Below are positions 19,201 through 27,801 of a stretch of DNA of 64,000 nt, in pieces. Within the stretch, counting starts at the first letter, position 1. Every line of letters begins with the position of its first letter. Below the pieces are notes generated by a model. It worked only from the letters and a program-made list of their open reading frames with translations. It made no database searches and was not told the DNA's origin. The position numbers were made by a program, and so were the translations under genes. Source of the stretch: Candidatus Nanopelagicales bacterium (GTDB lineage Bacteria; Actinomycetota; Actinomycetes; S36-B12; UBA10799); the NCBI GenBank assembly GCA_041674545.1, contig JBAYVO010000001.1, forward strand, positions 89,057 to 153,056, written 5' to 3'.

Positions 19201-22200
19201 CAACGTGGCCGCGTTCGACAGATCGCGATGCAGATTCATCGCGTTGGTCATTGCGGTCGTAGTGGTCTGCTCATGCACCTGAGTGGTGGTCAGGTCCGTA
19301 CGAAGCGGGAGCAGCCCGGCAGTACGGATATTGAGCAGCGAAGTGTTCGCGGCAAGATCGTGCGTCTGCATCGCCAGCGTCATTGCCTGCGTCACAGCGT
19401 CTGTAGTGGTCTGCGTTGTAGTCAGGTCCGTACGCAGCGGGAGCAACCCGGTTGCCCGGAGATCCGCGAGCGCAGCGTTACCAGCGACGTGCGTCGCCTC
19501 GATCGCGGCAGAGATTGCCGTGCCCACCGTCTGCGACGTGAGCGAAGTCAGATCGAGGTCGGTACGCAGCGGCGCCAGGCCGCCGGTGGAGATCTGCTGC
19601 AGCGCCGGGAACGCCTTGGCTGTCAGCTCCGTAGCCATGGCGGTAGCCGCCACGGTGAAGGTGTTCAGCGCAGCGGCCGACTCCGCGATGGCAGCAGCAT
19701 CGATCGGGGCAGGAGCCTCTGGTGCGTTGGTAGCGCCTACACCTGTCGATGCAGAAGCCTGTGCGACCGGACGCCTGCGGCCAACGATGCCTCCGCCTGC
19801 GTAAGCACCCGCACCGGTGGAACTGTTCCGGTTGGGCGAACGTCCAGAAGCTTCTCGGTTGGCCCGGAGAATGTTCTTGGCGCCGATCTTCTTGACCAAC
19901 TCAGGAACGAGAACAGCTTCACCCGGAGAGAGAGTCGCCGGAACAGTATCCTTGCCTGGAGCGTATCCAGGGACAATACCTCCACCCGCAAAATCATTCT
20001 TCAGGCGCGAATAATCCTCGCTAGTTGCCTGACCTGCGTCGAACCGCATGCGAATCTCAGCAAGATCCTGAATCTTCTTAAGCTGAGACTCAACTTCACG
20101 AAGACGTGCGATTGTTTCTGGAGCGTTGTCAGAAAGCTTGATCTCTTTGCCACCAGGCAAAGTGATGACAGCGTGACCTGTCTCGTCAATACGGACCTTG
20201 GCGCCAGCAGCGGCGAACGCCGTACCGTCCATGCCCGTAATGATCTTCTGCAGAGCTTCCGGCAACGGACCCTTATACGTCCCCGCAAGCTCCAGCGCAG
20301 CCGTAGACTGACCACGCAGCGCAGCAGTGTCAAGATCTGTCTCACCGCGCAGCTTAGCCGCAGCAACTTCGGCGGTGCCAGCAGTTGTAATGTAGTTAAG
20401 AATGTCTTGCTGAAGTGCATTGCTGGCAGCTTGTGCTTCAGCACTTGCCGCACCATTAGCAGCTACAGCATCATTATACGCCTTTTGCGACTCTTTAACA
20501 CTGTCCAAAGACTGCTTTTTAGCAAGATCTCCGTTGAGAGAAGCCAAAAGCATATCATTATGATTGCGAGAAGCTTCAGTAGCCTTCTGCTGCTCAATAG
20601 TTACACCATTAAGAGCAGCTCGAACACCAAGCGCTTCGTACTGCTCACGAACGAATCCCTCACGAAGCTTATCAATCTCCGCAAGCAACTCACGAGCACC
20701 CTGCCCAGTAGCGTTATATTCTTTATTCCATGTCTCAATGTAGGTGCCTCCCTGAGCACCTCCCGAAACGTACCCACTCCTCGCCATGTAAGAGTTAGCT
20801 TCAGCGACATCGAGCAATCGCTGACGCAACGTATCCAGAGACTGCCCACCACTAGTGATAGCAGTAGTAACCTGCTCCTGACCAATCTTAAAGTCTTTAA
20901 GACCGTCAGTTACCAGTCGTCCAGAACGCGCCATAGTCTGATCAGAAACAGACTTAGCTACAGACTTACGAATTGATTCGTCAATGACGCCATTAGAAGA
21001 ATCAATAGCAGAACGATAATTAGCAATTGCTTGATTGTTCTGCTCAATAGCATTGCGAGAATTAGCCGTCGCCGACCGAAACAGCGCAAAAAGCCCAATA
21101 GCACCGAGCATGGCAACCATGAACGGGCCACCAAGAGCACCCGACAAGCCGCCTAACACCTTGCTGAAACCACCCGCAGCTGCACCAGCCGTGCCAGCAG
21201 CTCCCGCGAGCGCGCCTGCTCCACGAGCACCATTCGTTGCAGCCGTGGCGTACGACGTCATTCCGCCAGCCGCACCAGCCGCCAGCGTTCCCGAGCTACG
21301 CACCGCAGAACCCGCGCCAGTTGCTGCGGTGGCGTACGACGTCATACGACGCTCAGAATCCGCAGCCGCAGTCCCAACAGCACGAATGTTGGTAGCCGCT
21401 GCCGTAGCAGCAGCGCCCACCCCACCAGTCATTGCGCGACCGGTGTTGTTTGCCGCAGTAGTAGCGTTGTTCAGCGAACTCGACGCAGAAGCGGCACTTG
21501 TCTCAACCGGCTTGAATACGCCGGTGAGCTTCGATGTCATCGAGCCAAACGCCGAGGACACCTTGCCCGCTGCGTTCGATGCAGCTGTAGCCGCTCCACC
21601 GAACGCAGTAGTAGCAGTCTTGGCAACAGGCGCAAACGCGCCCGAGACCGCCGCTCCCACCTTCGAGAACGCGGAACCGATCTTCGAGCCGGACGACGTC
21701 GCGGTCGATGCTGCACTGCTTGTTGCTGCAGCGGCTGCCGATGCCGCAGAACCGACTCCACGCAGCCCGGCAGACGCCGAATTGGCTCCAGCGCCGATCT
21801 TAGAAGATGCGGAGGCGACACCTGCAGCAGACTGCGAGAGCCCGGATGCAGACTTCCCAGCGGCTTGCGCGGCCGAACTCAGGCCGGAGACCGACTTCGT
21901 GGAACCCGCAGCAGACGTTCCCACACGCGAGAGCGAACTGGACGCTCCCGTAGCGGTCTGTCCGAACGCGCCGGTAGCCCTCGCAGCCGCCTGCGTGGCC
22001 GCGCTGTAGCCCGCCATCGCCTTGGTGGCAGCCGACAGGTTCGACGTGTTGATCGGCTTCGGAGCAGCAGGAGCGGGAGCCGCCGTCGAACCGACACCGC
22101 GCGAGCCAGGAACATTGCCCGCTGGGCGTGTCTGGGCACCGCTCTGGTTGGTCACCTGACCGGCGTTGCGGCCCGTCAGAGCAACAGACTCGCCAGCCTT

Positions 22201-25200
22201 GAGGCGAATCGGAGCTGGCTTGGCGCCCGGTGCAGGGAGAGTCTGCGCGGGACGGCTTGGGTGGTTGAGATTGGTCTTGGCCGGGGTCGACGCCGACGGA
22301 GTGGCCGATCCGACCACCCGGACAGGCAAAGGCTTCGCCGGTGTAGCCAGCGGACGGGCACCAGCGGACGGACCCGGAGGCAAGGCCAACGGAGCACGAC
22401 GCGCCGCTGAAGCACCCGCTGCAGTCTGACGCGCGCCAGTCGTTCCCGGAGTGATCGGAGGAACCCGACCGCCCGGAGGCGTCGCCACCGGAGATGGGAC
22501 ACGAGAAACAACCCCACCAGGCCCCGCTACAAACGAAGCTCGCGTAGGCGGCACAACATTGCCCGCACCAGGACCAGCGGTGAACTTGTACGGGTTACCC
22601 GCAGGAAGGGCGCGCGTGGTGCCCGGAGGCAGGGCACGGACCGTGCTCGGCTGTGTAACCGTGGGGGAGAATCGAGAAGTAGGAACAGCGCTGCCCGCGC
22701 GGTTGACCACCGGTGTGCCGACCGCCGACGCGCCCGCACGGAACAGACCGCCCACAGCCTGACCAGCACGAGCGGTACCGGTCACCGGCTTGGTGTCCGC
22801 CGCCTTGCGTCCCGCCGTGAAACCACTGCCGAACGTCGATGCCGTCCTGGGCTGGTTGGCAGCAGCAGCCGCGCGGGCCGCCGATCCGCCCAGCGCCGCG
22901 TTGAGCTTGGAGGCACCCGGCAGGAACGCCATGACCTTGCCAAGCGCAGCGAACGCGATCGTCGCACCCTTGGCAGCCAGCATCATGCTGACCAGGAACG
23001 ACACGATCGGAATCGACGTCAGGAAGTCGAGCAGCTCGACTGCCTTGCCGATGATCGAGACAAACGCGCTCAGGCCACCGCCAGACCCATTCTCGGAGAG
23101 GTTCGAGAAGAAGTCCATGAGGTTCGAGAGCAGCTCGATGATCTGCGGACCGAGCTTGTCGAACGCCGCACCGATGGCTTTGAACATGCGCTCCAGCGCA
23201 GGCCCCATGGTGTCGCGAATGGACAGCAACATCTTCGTTACTGTCTCACTAGCGCCCATATCAATGAACGCCTTGGCAATATCGCCAAGAATGCCCATTG
23301 TCAACTCAAGGTTGGGCTTAACCTTCTTGAAGTACTCCGCCATGGCATTTTTGCCCTCGGCGGTGCCCATCCATTTCCGCGTCTCAGCGGTGAGCTTCTC
23401 GAAGTCCTCCAGGATCCCGGTACCCGTCGGATCACCGGCCTTGAAGACCTCCTTGATGATGCCGCCGACGTTGAAAATGATCTTGCCGAGAAGCTCCAGG
23501 CGCGCGCGGACCTTCTCGAAGTACTTGACCAGCGACTCATCGCCACGGCCGATCTCAGCTTCCTTCTTGTAATACTCAGAAAGCTGCAGTACAAGGTCGC
23601 CAATCCACTGCGCGAGCGGCTCGGCGGCAACACCGACGTCTTCCAGCGCGGAAGCAAAGTTGATGAACGCCTGACCGAACTTGTCGATCAGCGCCGGGCC
23701 GCCGCCGGTACCGAAGCGCTTAAGATCCTCTTCCCAGCTCTTGACCTCTTCAGCCAGCTTGAAGCCGAGGTTGCCGAGCACCTCGCCGAACGCCTTGACC
23801 GCCGGTGTGGCGACCGTGTCCAGCATCGGGATGAGAAGCTGCAGACCCTTGATCAGGCCCGGGAACATCGCGGTCTGCGCGGTGCGGCTCAGCTCGTCGA
23901 ACTTCGGGGTCAGATTGCGGAGGATCTCCACCATCTGACGGCCCTCAGGTGAGAGCTTCGCAAGCGCAGCCGCAAGCTTGTTCGCCGCAGCCGACGCTCC
24001 ACCCGACGACTTCGTCGCCTGATCTTGGGCCTCGGCGAGGCGCTGCATGGCGTCGGAGACACGCTCAGCCGCATCACGCTGACGCTTGGCCGAGTCTGTC
24101 TTCGCTTCCGCGAGATTGCGCTCCGCATCCGCAACCGACTGCGCAGAATCGCGCTGCTGCTTGGCCTGGGCCTGCTGGGCATCTCCGAGCGAGCGCGCCG
24201 CGCTCTGCTGGGCCTCCATCGCGGACTTGAGGGAATCCTGCGCCGAGACAACGCCCGGCATCCCCTCGACGCCGCCCTGCTGGGCCTCGTTGAGATCCGC
24301 CTGATCACGCGCAGCCTGGCGCGCTACATCGTTGATCCGGTCCTGGGCCTCAGCGACCCGCAACGCCGCTTCACGACGATCCAGCGACGACGCCGTGGCA
24401 TCAGCGTTGACCTCAGCCAAACGCTCCTGAGCCCGGAGCAGGCTGATCTCCGCGCCCTCCTGGGTGAGCGCGCTGTCGTGAACCCGATCGGAGAGATCCT
24501 CCAAGTCGCGAATCGCCTGACGGCGCGCGTCGTGAAGATCCTCTTCCGCCCGGAGAACGTCTTCGTTGGCCCGGATCAGATCGCGGTTGGCGTCCTCGAC
24601 ACGGCGCGCCGCCTGCACAGCACCCTCGGCTGCGTCCTCGCGCGCACGCTCCACCGCACGTTGGGCATCAGCGACCTGTCGAGCGCCAGCAACCTCAGCG
24701 TCCTGCTGACCCTGAACGGCATCACGGACACCACGCTGGGCCGCGCCGATCGCCTTCGCTGCCGCCACCCGCTGCGCCGCAGCAGACGTAGCACCCGAAG
24801 CAGCCTGCTGATCCACAGCCTTGTACGCCGCGAGCGCATCACCGACACCACGGAACGCCGATGCGATCGTGCCGACCGCTCCCGCCGCAGCGACGGCCAT
24901 GGGGCCCAGAGCGGCGATGGCGTTCACCGCAGGACCAGCAGCCCCGACGATCGCCACAAGCCCGGAGACAAGCGATGAGAGCGCTCCTACGAGCAGCTGC
25001 ACACCGGGGACCACGGCGGCGAAACCGAGCCCGAGCAGGATCGTCCGCAGACCGGCACCCGCAACACCCGTGCCGTTGAGCGTGGCCCGCAGCGGACTCA
25101 TCACGCTGGCGAGCTGGCGGGCTCCGTTGGAGGAATCCCGCGACGACGATCCGACACCGCGCAGCGACGAGGACAGCCGGTTCGCCGAGCTGTCACCCTC

Positions 25201-26115
25201 GCGCATCGCAGAGTTGCTGTCGCGCACCGAGCTGGCGTTTGACCGGTTGGCCGACGCCGCGCTCGATGCCGCCGGGCCGACCCGGAGCAGCGACGCGATC
25301 AACCCATCCTGATCGCTAGCTGCCGAGCGCGCCGCCGTGCCCGACTCACGGTAAGACGACGAAGACGCCGACACCGAGTTGCGCGCGTTCGCCGCAGACG
25401 GTGTCAGACGGTCGAGCGCAGCTTTGAGCGCGTCATGGTCTACCGCCGACTGCTTGGCAGCGGTTCCCGACTCGCCGTGCGCGGTCGCCAAGTTTCGATG
25501 CGAGCTGACAGATTGATCCGCCGCGTCGCGCGACCTGTCAAGGGAATCCGCGTGATCTTTGGCTGAAGCCGCAGCCTTGTCGTCGGCTTCAGCGACCTTG
25601 CGGATCGACTCGGTGAGCTTGTCGATGACCGACGACTTGTCGCGAGCCGCGTTGCGCTCATCCGAGAGCGACTTCGCATGCTGCTGCGCCGACTTGGTCG
25701 CGCGCTCTTCCTGATCGGCCAACCCGCGCATCGATGTCGCCAGCGAGCCGACCTCGCCCTTGGCCGCAGACGCGCGATCCCGGAGGCGATCCTGCTCCGT
25801 CGCCAGCGACCCGGCGGACTTGCGGGCCCGCTCCTGGGTATCCGCCAGCCGAGCCATGGACTTCTCCAGCTGCGACGTAGCAGCTGTGCCCTTACCCAGC
25901 TTGGACTGCGCCGCAGCCAGCGAGTTGGTCTCGGTACGAAGATTCTTCTGCGCGGTTGTTGTCTTTTCCAGCGCAGAATTAAACTTATCAAAATCGCCGG
26001 TCTTACCAGACTGACGCTGAAGCTTCTCAATCTCCGCGCGAGTCTTCTTGACCTCGCGGTTAAGGGAGGCGAAATCGGCGACCGCCCGGAATACCGCAGT
26101 ACTCGTAGGAGCCAC
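16237..26115 (-). CDS. Tape measure protein, 3292 aa, with embedded NlpC/P60, lytic transglycosylase (SLT) and two LysM domains
   Basis: Sits between the tail chaperones and Dit. Has an N-terminal coiled coil and hydrophobic segments. NlpC/P60 motif GKPYVWGATGPGSYDCSGF; SLT motif GESSWNPNAANPTSSARGLFQ. LysM motifs YQIKRGDSLSGIARAYG...LNMP and YQIQRGDTLWSLARRF...LSYP. Confidence 0.95.
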   Translation of the reverse strand: MAPTSTAVFRAVADFASLNREVKKTRAEIEKLQRQSGKTGDFDKFNSALEKTTTAQKNLRTETNSLAAAQSKLGKGTAATSQLEKSMARLADTQERARKSAGSLATEQDRLRDRASAAKGEVGSLATSMRGLADQEERATKSAQQHAKSLSDERNAARDKSSVIDKLTESIRKVAEADDKAAASAKDHADSLDRSRDAADQSVSSHRNLATAHGESGTAAKQSAVDHDALKAALDRLTPSAANARNSVSASSSSYRESGTAARSAASDQDGLIASLLRVGPAASSAASANRSNASSVRDSNSAMREGDSSANRLSSSLRGVGSSSRDSSNGARQLASVMSPLRATLNGTGVAGAGLRTILLGLGFAAVVPGVQLLVGALSSLVSGLVAIVGAAGPAVNAIAALGPMAVAAAGAVGTIASAFRGVGDALAAYKAVDQQAASGATSAAAQRVAAAKAIGAAQRGVRDAVQGQQDAEVAGARQVADAQRAVERAREDAAEGAVQAARRVEDANRDLIRANEDVLRAEEDLHDARRQAIRDLEDLSDRVHDSALTQEGAEISLLRAQERLAEVNADATASSLDRREAALRVAEAQDRINDVARQAARDQADLNEAQQGGVEGMPGVVSAQDSLKSAMEAQQSAARSLGDAQQAQAKQQRDSAQSVADAERNLAEAKTDSAKRQRDAAERVSDAMQRLAEAQDQATKSSGGASAAANKLAAALAKLSPEGRQMVEILRNLTPKFDELSRTAQTAMFPGLIKGLQLLIPMLDTVATPAVKAFGEVLGNLGFKLAEEVKSWEEDLKRFGTGGGPALIDKFGQAFINFASALEDVGVAAEPLAQWIGDLVLQLSEYYKKEAEIGRGDESLVKYFEKVRARLELLGKIIFNVGGIIKEVFKAGDPTGTGILEDFEKLTAETRKWMGTAEGKNAMAEYFKKVKPNLELTMGILGDIAKAFIDMGASETVTKMLLSIRDTMGPALERMFKAIGAAFDKLGPQIIELLSNLMDFFSNLSENGSGGGLSAFVSIIGKAVELLDFLTSIPIVSFLVSMMLAAKGATIAFAALGKVMAFLPGASKLNAALGGSAARAAAAANQPRTASTFGSGFTAGRKAADTKPVTGTARAGQAVGGLFRAGASAVGTPVVNRAGSAVPTSRFSPTVTQPSTVRALPPGTTRALPAGNPYKFTAGPGAGNVVPPTRASFVAGPGGVVSRVPSPVATPPGGRVPPITPGTTGARQTAAGASAARRAPLALPPGPSAGARPLATPAKPLPVRVVGSATPSASTPAKTNLNHPSRPAQTLPAPGAKPAPIRLKAGESVALTGRNAGQVTNQSGAQTRPAGNVPGSRGVGSTAAPAPAAPKPINTSNLSAATKAMAGYSAATQAAARATGAFGQTATGASSSLSRVGTSAAGSTKSVSGLSSAAQAAGKSASGLSQSAAGVASASSKIGAGANSASAGLRGVGSAASAAAAATSSAASTATSSGSKIGSAFSKVGAAVSGAFAPVAKTATTAFGGAATAASNAAGKVSSAFGSMTSKLTGVFKPVETSAASASSSLNNATTAANNTGRAMTGGVGAAATAAATNIRAVGTAAADSERRMTSYATAATGAGSAVRSSGTLAAGAAGGMTSYATAATNGARGAGALAGAAGTAGAAAGGFSKVLGGLSGALGGPFMVAMLGAIGLFALFRSATANSRNAIEQNNQAIANYRSAIDSSNGVIDESIRKSVAKSVSDQTMARSGRLVTDGLKDFKIGQEQVTTAITSGGQSLDTLRQRLLDVAEANSYMARSGYVSGGAQGGTYIETWNKEYNATGQGARELLAEIDKLREGFVREQYEALGVRAALNGVTIEQQKATEASRNHNDMLLASLNGDLAKKQSLDSVKESQKAYNDAVAANGAASAEAQAASNALQQDILNYITTAGTAEVAAAKLRGETDLDTAALRGQSTAALELAGTYKGPLPEALQKIITGMDGTAFAAAGAKVRIDETGHAVITLPGGKEIKLSDNAPETIARLREVESQLKKIQDLAEIRMRFDAGQATSEDYSRLKNDFAGGGIVPGYAPGKDTVPATLSPGEAVLVPELVKKIGAKNILRANREASGRSPNRNSSTGAGAYAGGGIVGRRRPVAQASASTGVGATNAPEAPAPIDAAAIAESAAALNTFTVAATAMATELTAKAFPALQQISTGGLAPLRTDLDLTSLTSQTVGTAISAAIEATHVAGNAALADLRATGLLPLRTDLTTTQTTTDAVTQAMTLAMQTHDLAANTSLLNIRTAGLLPLRTDLTTTQVHEQTTTTAMTNAMNLHRDLSNAATLAVRTAGLLPLRTDLTTTQTHTAASTTAMSVSTEDFKTRADTALTAVRAGLTATDTSVGNTAAWFKTQMATMQESASVPVRAVIEGPFNKGIIAAWNALDTQFTLNKHVPDVVPGFAKGGPLKGGEANKDSIPIMGMPGEYMLSKRAVNRLGGQGAVDAWHKAVRRGDTRSMQEMDQGGDPGGPGWAHMAEGGPVEAGLAFARSQVGKPYVWGATGPGSYDCSGFMSAIHGALTTGNPYVRRYTTSSFAGGATAGFVPGLSSAFSIGVLPGSHMAGTLGGINVESTPPAVIMGPGARGANDGMFSAQYSLPQVGGTFVSGGVGGVAFDPTPIVNAEFDKANKMISDFRAGNPSPHGQQLADIAQQGADKVKEAALAKVMAATAMAGPLAGAVSGSPDVIAAVKAVAARYGWGEGPQWDALAALVQGESSWNPNAANPTSSARGLFQKLTGTHGPVEPTAAGQAEWGLNYIKGKYGDPITAYRMWSSRSPHWYAKGGYVPGRGNGDTEPAMLTPGEYVLSRPAAESLGPQNLAALNAMRPGAFSDNAAQYMALGGVVQRNNGLAYQIKRGDSLSGIARAYGTTVDELKRLNKIANVNKVLTGQWLNMPRTPTPAAAAKSTTGDMGRYQIQRGDTLWSLARRFETTVSELARINNIKDPGKIFTGAWLSYPKKGATPDTTTPAPTPDPTAPATGDGTTTPMTLDSWSKGIAESTAQTKEFESNLLKLSGWGYDDLAIALAKMGLGTGTTDGGGLALSREAVKSPGNAAKVEKILEESKNVIGANLENALTVIGALRKTAGLGVREVSTATKIDTKDIFTMMENAQVAAQIAQLPSPNKDKFLSNMDAYKRGLPFARGGRVPGTGVGDTVPAMLTPGEFVLRKDAVRKIGVQALHELNDNPMQHFANGGPVLDAADLFSFVGSPSLSRPRIGRAVQEKLAKAISSASSGDTNSKSVVFSEGAVQITNPAPQRSTDSFEGTMQKLNFAGVFS
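19040..19590 (-). repeat. Four in-frame tandem repeats (~129-132 bp, ~43 aa) inside the tape measure gene
   Basis: The DNA string gtcaggtccgtacgcagcgggagcaacccgg recurs near 19157, 19288, 19420 and 19549. Protein repeat: GLLPLRTDLTTTQ(T/V)... Confidence 0.85.
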
Positions 26116-26130
26116 CGATTTCCCCGTTCC

Positions 26131-26685
26131 TTACTCTTTTGGCTTAGGAGGAAGAATCATCCGTCCACCAAAGATTGCAGTGAGCTTCTCGAAGCTCCCC
26201 GCCTTGGGATCCGCCGAACTACCGACAGATTCCTCGTACGGGGCGTTGCCATTCTGTTTTGCTTTCTCCTCGGCAATGAGGTGATCAGCAGTGGGCTCTT
26301 TCGATTTACGCTTGTTAGACATAATCGAAAGCTCTGCTGCCGCCTTGCTCAGCTCCTTAGCTCCATCACTAGACATCGAAAGATTCGCTAAAAAGAATGC
26401 CAGCATCTTGGTCTGCCACTCGATGTAGGTACGTTCTCGATAATCTGTAAGTGACTTTCGCTCGTTGATCGTCTCTACAATCTGCCTCAGTCGGCAGATT
26501 CGGAGGTCGAGGACTTCTTCGTCTTTCCAGCCGTACTCCGACGAGACGAGGTCTGCGGCTCGGGCGTAACTACCGACAATTCTGGGGTCGGCGAACCGGA
26601 CTCCGGCTGGGAGTTCGAAGTCTGCGAGTTTGTCAATTGGCCGGTCTTCGTCATCATCGTGAAGGCCGCGCTCAGTCGTTTTCCC
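26131..26685 (-). CDS. Tail assembly chaperone, -1 frameshift extension (T part of the G/GT pair)
   Basis: The -1 frame relative to 26487..27137 has a stop at 26698-26700, then stays open through 26134. The 91-aa ATG ORF in the track (26131..26406) is only the tail of this frame. Predicted fusion product is about 335 aa. Confidence 0.75.
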   Translation of the reverse strand, partial: GKTTERGLHDDDEDRPIDKLADFELPAGVRFADPRIVGSYARAADLVSSEYGWKDEEVLDLRICRLRQIVETINERKSLTDYRERTYIEWQTKMLAFFLANLSMSSDGAKELSKAAAELSIMSNKRKSKEPTADHLIAEEKAKQNGNAPYEESVGSSADPKAGSFEKLTAIFGGRMILPPKPKE

Positions 26686-27137
26686 AGGGCCGCCAGGTCA
26701 TTCTTCTCGCGCATGATGACGGCCTCGATGATCGAGATCGCGTCCTCAGGCTCGGGGTTGAACAGCTCCTCGGACAGCTTGCGACGCAGATCGTCGTTCG
26801 TCTCACGCTGCTTCTTGTCCGCACCCGGGGTCAGGCCATCGGGCTCGACCACCGACATGATGAACTCGACGGCCTCATCCTCTGCCTCGGGCAGCGCGAT
26901 GAGCGCGATGGCGAGCAGCTGCGTACCGAACGCCTCCGCCCGCTCCTCATCACCGGAGATCGACATGGCCTCGCGCAACATCGGGATGTACGCGGCACCA
27001 CCACGGGTGATGATGCGCAGCAGCCGGAACAGCTGGCGCAGCTTCAGCCGCTGAATCTCCACCTTGGAACCGGAGACAAGCTCAATCAGCTTGCCCTCCG
27101 GGTCCAGACGGTCGGTCTCAGAGTTCGGTAACGACAC
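26487..27137 (-). CDS. Tail assembly chaperone (G-like, 0-frame product)
   Basis: 216-aa ORF between the major tail protein and the TMP. AAGGAG RBS before GTG 27137. Contains the slippery site. Confidence 0.75.
   Translation of the reverse strand: MSLPNSETDRLDPEGKLIELVSGSKVEIQRLKLRQLFRLLRIITRGGAAYIPMLREAMSISGDEERAEAFGTQLLAIALIALPEAEDEAVEFIMSVVEPDGLTPGADKKQRETNDDLRRKLSEELFNPEPEDAISIIEAVIMREKNDLAALGKRLSAAFTMMTKTGQLTNSQTSNSQPESGSPTPELSVVTPEPQTSSRRSTAGKTKKSSTSESAD
26679..26685 (-). promoter_or_regulatory. Programmed -1 ribosomal frameshift slippery heptamer G_GGA_AAA
   Basis: Plus strand ttttccc equals minus strand GGGAAAA. In the 0 frame it reads CTG GGA AAA (codons 151-153 of the chaperone gene). 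The -1 frame opens 13 nt upstream. Confidence 0.75.
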
Positions 27138-27173
27138 AGGTGCTCCTTGGCATCAGAAAACGACTAACAGGGA

Positions 27174-27719
27174 TCAGGTGACCGGCGAGTTCACCAGACG
27201 ACCGATGGCCTTCTCGGGCAGAGGGTCGCCCTGCTCATCGACCGGGGACACAACCGCACGACCGGAGTAGTTCAGGACGAGACCGTCCTTGTAGGTCGGA
27301 CCGTCGAAGCTGATCGGCATGAACTGCACGCGGAACAGCACGATGTCCATCGTCCGCACCGCACCGGCCGAGTCCTTCGACGGAATGCGGATCAGAACCG
27401 GGCGCGGGGCCTGGTTCAGCGAGGACTGGGTCCACAGCGGCATGCTCCACTCGTCACCGGTGGAGGTGACAGGGGCTCCGGTCAGCAGCGAAATCACGTT
27501 GAACGGGACGTAGCCCGAGCTGATCGTGACCTCGGCGTAGTTGAACCAGAACCAGTTCGACAGCACCGCGTCATCACCGGTGTTGTCGTAGCTGTCAGAG
27601 TCAACCGACACAGAGCCTTCACGAACACCGTAGATGTCCGCAAGCTCCGCACCAGTCTGACCATTCAAAATTGCTGCATGGCTGACCGAAAATGCTTCAA
27701 AGATCCCGGTTGCGGGCAT
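27174..27719 (-). CDS. Major tail (tube) protein
   Basis: About 181 aa, directly upstream of the chaperone pair. ATG 27719 lies 9 nt after GAAGGGA; the track starts 3 nt earlier at TTG 27722. Assigned by position. Confidence 0.65.
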   Translation of the reverse strand: MPATGIFEAFSVSHAAILNGQTGAELADIYGVREGSVSVDSDSYDNTGDDAVLSNWFWFNYAEVTISSGYVPFNVISLLTGAPVTSTGDEWSMPLWTQSSLNQAPRPVLIRIPSKDSAGAVRTMDIVLFRVQFMPISFDGPTYKDGLVLNYSGRAVVSPVDEQGDPLPEKAIGRLVNSPVT

Positions 27720-27801
27720 CAAAGATTCCCTTCATAAAATCCCGGGGCATCTCCGTGCTTCGTGGGATCGCTTCACTGGCTACGGGAATCTTCGGCTGCC
27801 T

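Noticed and set aside
19040-19590. Regular ~130-bp repeats as a possible CRISPR array or non-coding repeat
   Set aside because: The repeats are in frame within the TMP ORF, and the 'spacers' are also homologous and coding. No CRISPR-like structure occurs anywhere in the window.
18514-20976. 820-aa plus-strand ORF (and similar ones at 916..2040, 9221..11557, 16177..18279, 35616..37061, 58096..59766)
   Set aside because: All are antisense shadows of minus-strand genes with clear domain content. I found no plus-strand gene that I can support anywhere in the window.
26131-26406. 91-aa ORF as an independent gene
   Set aside because: Its frame is open 290 nt further upstream with no RBS at the ATG. 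It is exactly the -1 frame of the chaperone gene downstream of a GGGAAAA slip site, so it is better explained as the frameshift extension.
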